Origin: an uncultured virus (IMG/VR IMGVR_UViG_3300034072_000446)
Taxonomy: Duplodnaviria > Heunggongvirae > Uroviricota > Caudoviricetes
Reading direction: 5' to 3' (one strand)
Length of the DNA: 20,000 nucleotides
IMG/VR virus record: IMGVR_UViG_3300034072_000446
Positions 17,933 through 20,000 of the stretch are shown in pieces (the first letter of the stretch is position 1; every line of letters starts with the position of its first letter). The notes under the pieces were generated by a model. The model had not been told where the DNA came from, ran no database searches, and saw nothing but the letters and a program-made list of their open reading frames with translations. The position numbers and the translations under genes are program-made.

Positions 17933-18602
17933 GAATCACCCCCGCGCTACCGTCACAAAATCGACGCGGCATTCCCGCCAGACCCGCACCCCGACCCAGC
18001 ACCCGCTTTGCGGGTTGGCGGACTCCCAACCCACACCCCGACCCGATCCGCAGCCTCCCACTTTGGCGGGCTCCGGCGAGGCCGCGCAGAGCGCCGCTAT
18101 GGATCAGGGCCGGATAGCCGGTCCAAATCTGGCAAACCGCGTGCGCCAAGGTGCAAGGGGACGGGCGCGCGCACGATGGGGGCGAGGGGGGTGCCGCCGG
18201 GCGATCGATGCCCCCCCCTGCCGATCTGGTCGACCAGGGCGACGACGATGGGCCTACCAGAAGCCCGCTAGGCTTACGCTGCTGGTCCGAAAACCACGCA
18301 AAACCAAGGCTTTGCGTGCACCCTTCCAACATCGGCTTTCCAACAAGCCCGGATCGACCCGCGCAAACCCGCAGAAATCCGCCATTCTCGCACCGCGCCG
18401 AGATCCGCACCGATCCGGCCGAGCTCGAGGCCGACCGCCAGCCCGCGCGATCCGCGCCAGGGCGAAAATCGCCGAAAGTTTCGCCGACGCGCCCCCGCTT
18501 CACACCGCTGGAGCGACCATCGAGCGACCCGCGCCGATATCCGGCCGCCAGAATATTCGCCTGGACGACTGCGCACGCCCGATCCGCAGCCCGATCCGAC
18601 GC

Positions 18603-18850
18603 CGGTTGCAGGCGCAACCGCGCTGCAACCGCTCTGCAACCACTAACCTTATGATCCATATGGATTAATTCAGACGGTTGCAAAGTTGCAGGTTTTCCGA
18701 AGCCCCCAGATACGCGCGCGCCTACGCGTACGTACGCGCGCACATGACGCGAGGCTCCAGCCTGCAACCGTGCAACCGCCACGGAAAGCGCTGCAAAATC
18801 AATGCTTTGAGAGTTGCACCACGGTTGCAGATGGGTTGCGCCTGCAACCG
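18603..18850. repeat. 248-bp dyad-symmetric, iteron-like element (two inverted 90-bp arms and a 68-bp core); candidate replication origin or DNA-processing site
   Basis: Perfect 17-bp terminal inverted repeat CGGTTGCAGGCGCAACC (18603-18619 / 18834-18850). Six GCAAC boxes per arm at mirrored positions, IHF-like sites at 18644-18656 and 18797-18809, and TACGCGTA (18723-18730) on the axis. Confidence 0.85.
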
Positions 18851-19206
18851 CTACCCCCGACCCATCGGGACCGCCAAACGTGGCAACCAACTTACTCGCA
18901 TCGCAACGGGCCGGGGTCAAACGGAAAGCGAGACCGAGGGTGCGAATCGACGCGCCAGCCATCGCTTTCGCATCGGGCCGGGGAGTAGATGAGGCGCGGC
19001 CGCGCACCGCTCCGGCCCCGGCTTCGCCAGCGCCTCCGCTGCGGCCGCACGTCGGCGCAAACCGCATCGCCTGGCCAAGTCTCGCGCCCTGCGTAAGACG
19101 CTGAAAGTGCAGGCGATCGCGCACCGCTTCGACGTGCTGGCGCACGTCAAAGCTGCGATCGCGAGCAGGCGTAAACCACACCGATATCGCCCCTTCTAAA
19201 CGCGCG

Positions 19207-19246
19207 TTAAAAAACCGCTTGACAGGCAATTTAGCTTCCGTATTTT
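19207..19246 (+). promoter_or_regulatory. Sigma70-like promoter for ardC
   Basis: Perfect TTGACA (19219-19224), 16-bp spacer and TATTTT (19241-19246), preceded by the A-tract TTAAAAAA. AGGAAAGGA RBS before the ATG at 19305. Confidence 0.7.
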
Positions 19247-19304
19247 CGGAACCATTGAAACCCCAGGCACGGGCCGGGGTCTTGGTCAGGAAAGGACCGC
19301 CATC

Positions 19305-20000
19305 ATGGCAAAGCTCGACACTTACGAAGCCGTCACCAACGCGATCATTGCCAAGCTCGAGGCTGGCACGAAGCCCTGGGCTCCCGATTGGATCTCCGGC
19401 GGCGTTGGCGGTGGCCTCGTCATGCCGCGCCGCCACAACGGCGAATTCTATCGCGGCATCAACGTGTTGCTGTTGTGGGCCACGGCCGAGGAACGCGGCT
19501 ATCGCGCCCCGACATGGATGACCTTCAAGCAGGCGCTCGAACTTGGCGGCGCGGTCCGCAAGGGCGAAAAGAGCACGGTTATCGTGTTCTTCAAGAAGCT
19601 GACCATCACCGAACAGAACGAGGCGGGCGAAGAACAGGACAAGCAAATCCCGATGCTGCGCACCTATTGCGTGTTCAACGTCGAACAAATCGACGGGCTC
19701 CCTGCGCAGTACTACCCGGCCGAGGTCGAGCTGGTCGGCGGCAAGGACCGCGACGAAGCGGCCGAGGCTGCGCTGCGCAGCTCCGGCGCGGATATCCGCG
19801 AAGGCGGCGACAAGGCGTTCTATGTGCCCTCGCTCGATTACGTCCAGATGCCCACCTTCGATCGCTTCAAGAGCACGAGCGGATTCCTCGCCACCCTCGC
19901 GCACGAACTGTGCCATTGGACCGGCCACGCTTCGCGCCTCGATCGCTCGATGAAAGGCGCATTCGGCTCCAAGGACTACGCGGCCGAGGAACTGGTGGCA
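19305..20000 (+). CDS. ardC: ArdC-family antirestriction / ssDNA-binding protein (DUF1738 N-domain plus zincin-like metallopeptidase domain); runs off the right edge and is absent from the ORF track
   Basis: MAKLDTYEAVTNAIIAKLEAGTKPW...YRGINVLLLW...WMTFKQALELGGAVRKGEKS...VFNVEQIDGL...AFYVPSLDYVQMP...LAHELCHWTGH...YAAEELVA. HExxH lies at 19902-19916; 232 open codons. Confidence 0.93.
   Translation, partial: MAKLDTYEAVTNAIIAKLEAGTKPWAPDWISGGVGGGLVMPRRHNGEFYRGINVLLLWATAEERGYRAPTWMTFKQALELGGAVRKGEKSTVIVFFKKLTITEQNEAGEEQDKQIPMLRTYCVFNVEQIDGLPAQYYPAEVELVGGKDRDEAAEAALRSSGADIREGGDKAFYVPSLDYVQMPTFDRFKSTSGFLATLAHELCHWTGHASRLDRSMKGAFGSKDYAAEELVA

Noticed and set aside
18603..18850. GTTGCA/TGCAAC repeats as a CRISPR array
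   Set aside because: The boxes are only 5-7 bp, occur in both orientations with 8-11 bp spacing, have no unique spacers of about 30 bp, and no cas genes are nearby.
18993..19199. Protein-like open frame (GFASASAAAARRRKPHRLAKSRALRKTLKVQAIAHRFDV...) on the + strand
   Set aside because: It is bounded upstream by TGA at 18990 with no early start codon or RBS, and the region is better explained by its hairpins.
17583..19928. ORFs 17922..19928 (-, 668 aa), 17583..18668 (+) and smaller ORFs in the terS-ardC gap
   Set aside because: The long one is antisense to ardC and then runs through repeat DNA. The translations are low-complexity with no RBS or motif support. A short real gene in the gap cannot be fully excluded.
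1..20000. Diversity-generating retroelement, integrase/att site, lysis cassette, tail fibre, tRNA
   Set aside because: Looked for because of the BPP-1-like layout. No reverse transcriptase, TR/VR pair, recombinase, holin/endolysin, fibre or tRNA is visible in this window.

Overview
The window is GC-rich DNA, probably from an alphaproteobacterial phage or prophage (host inferred, not shown). About 17.9 kb is one tightly coupled minus-strand morphogenesis operon of a podovirus with a T7-supergroup / BPP-1 / epsilon15-style layout. In order it encodes TerS, TerL, a small virion protein, an inserted RyR-domain fusion gene, portal, a Bbp19-like protein, scaffold, major capsid, a cement-like protein, tail tubular A and B, a GNAT-like protein and four ejection (internal virion) proteins. 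One ejection protein carries a lysozyme-like domain, and the last runs off the left edge. A divergent ArdC-family antirestriction gene, missed by the ORF track, starts at 19305 behind a strong sigma70-like promoter and runs off the right edge. The 1.37 kb non-coding gap between terS and ardC holds the most striking signal, a 248-bp mirror-symmetric element (18603-18850). It has two 90-bp arms, 12 GCAAC boxes at exactly mirrored positions, mirrored IHF-like sites and a TACGCGTA palindrome on the dyad axis. Other highlights are the RyR/coiled-coil/beta-domain fusion gene in front of the portal, a structured leader of about 185 nt before the capsid gene, and a winged-helix motif inside an ejection protein. 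Family assignments come from motif recognition and gene order; no database searches were run.
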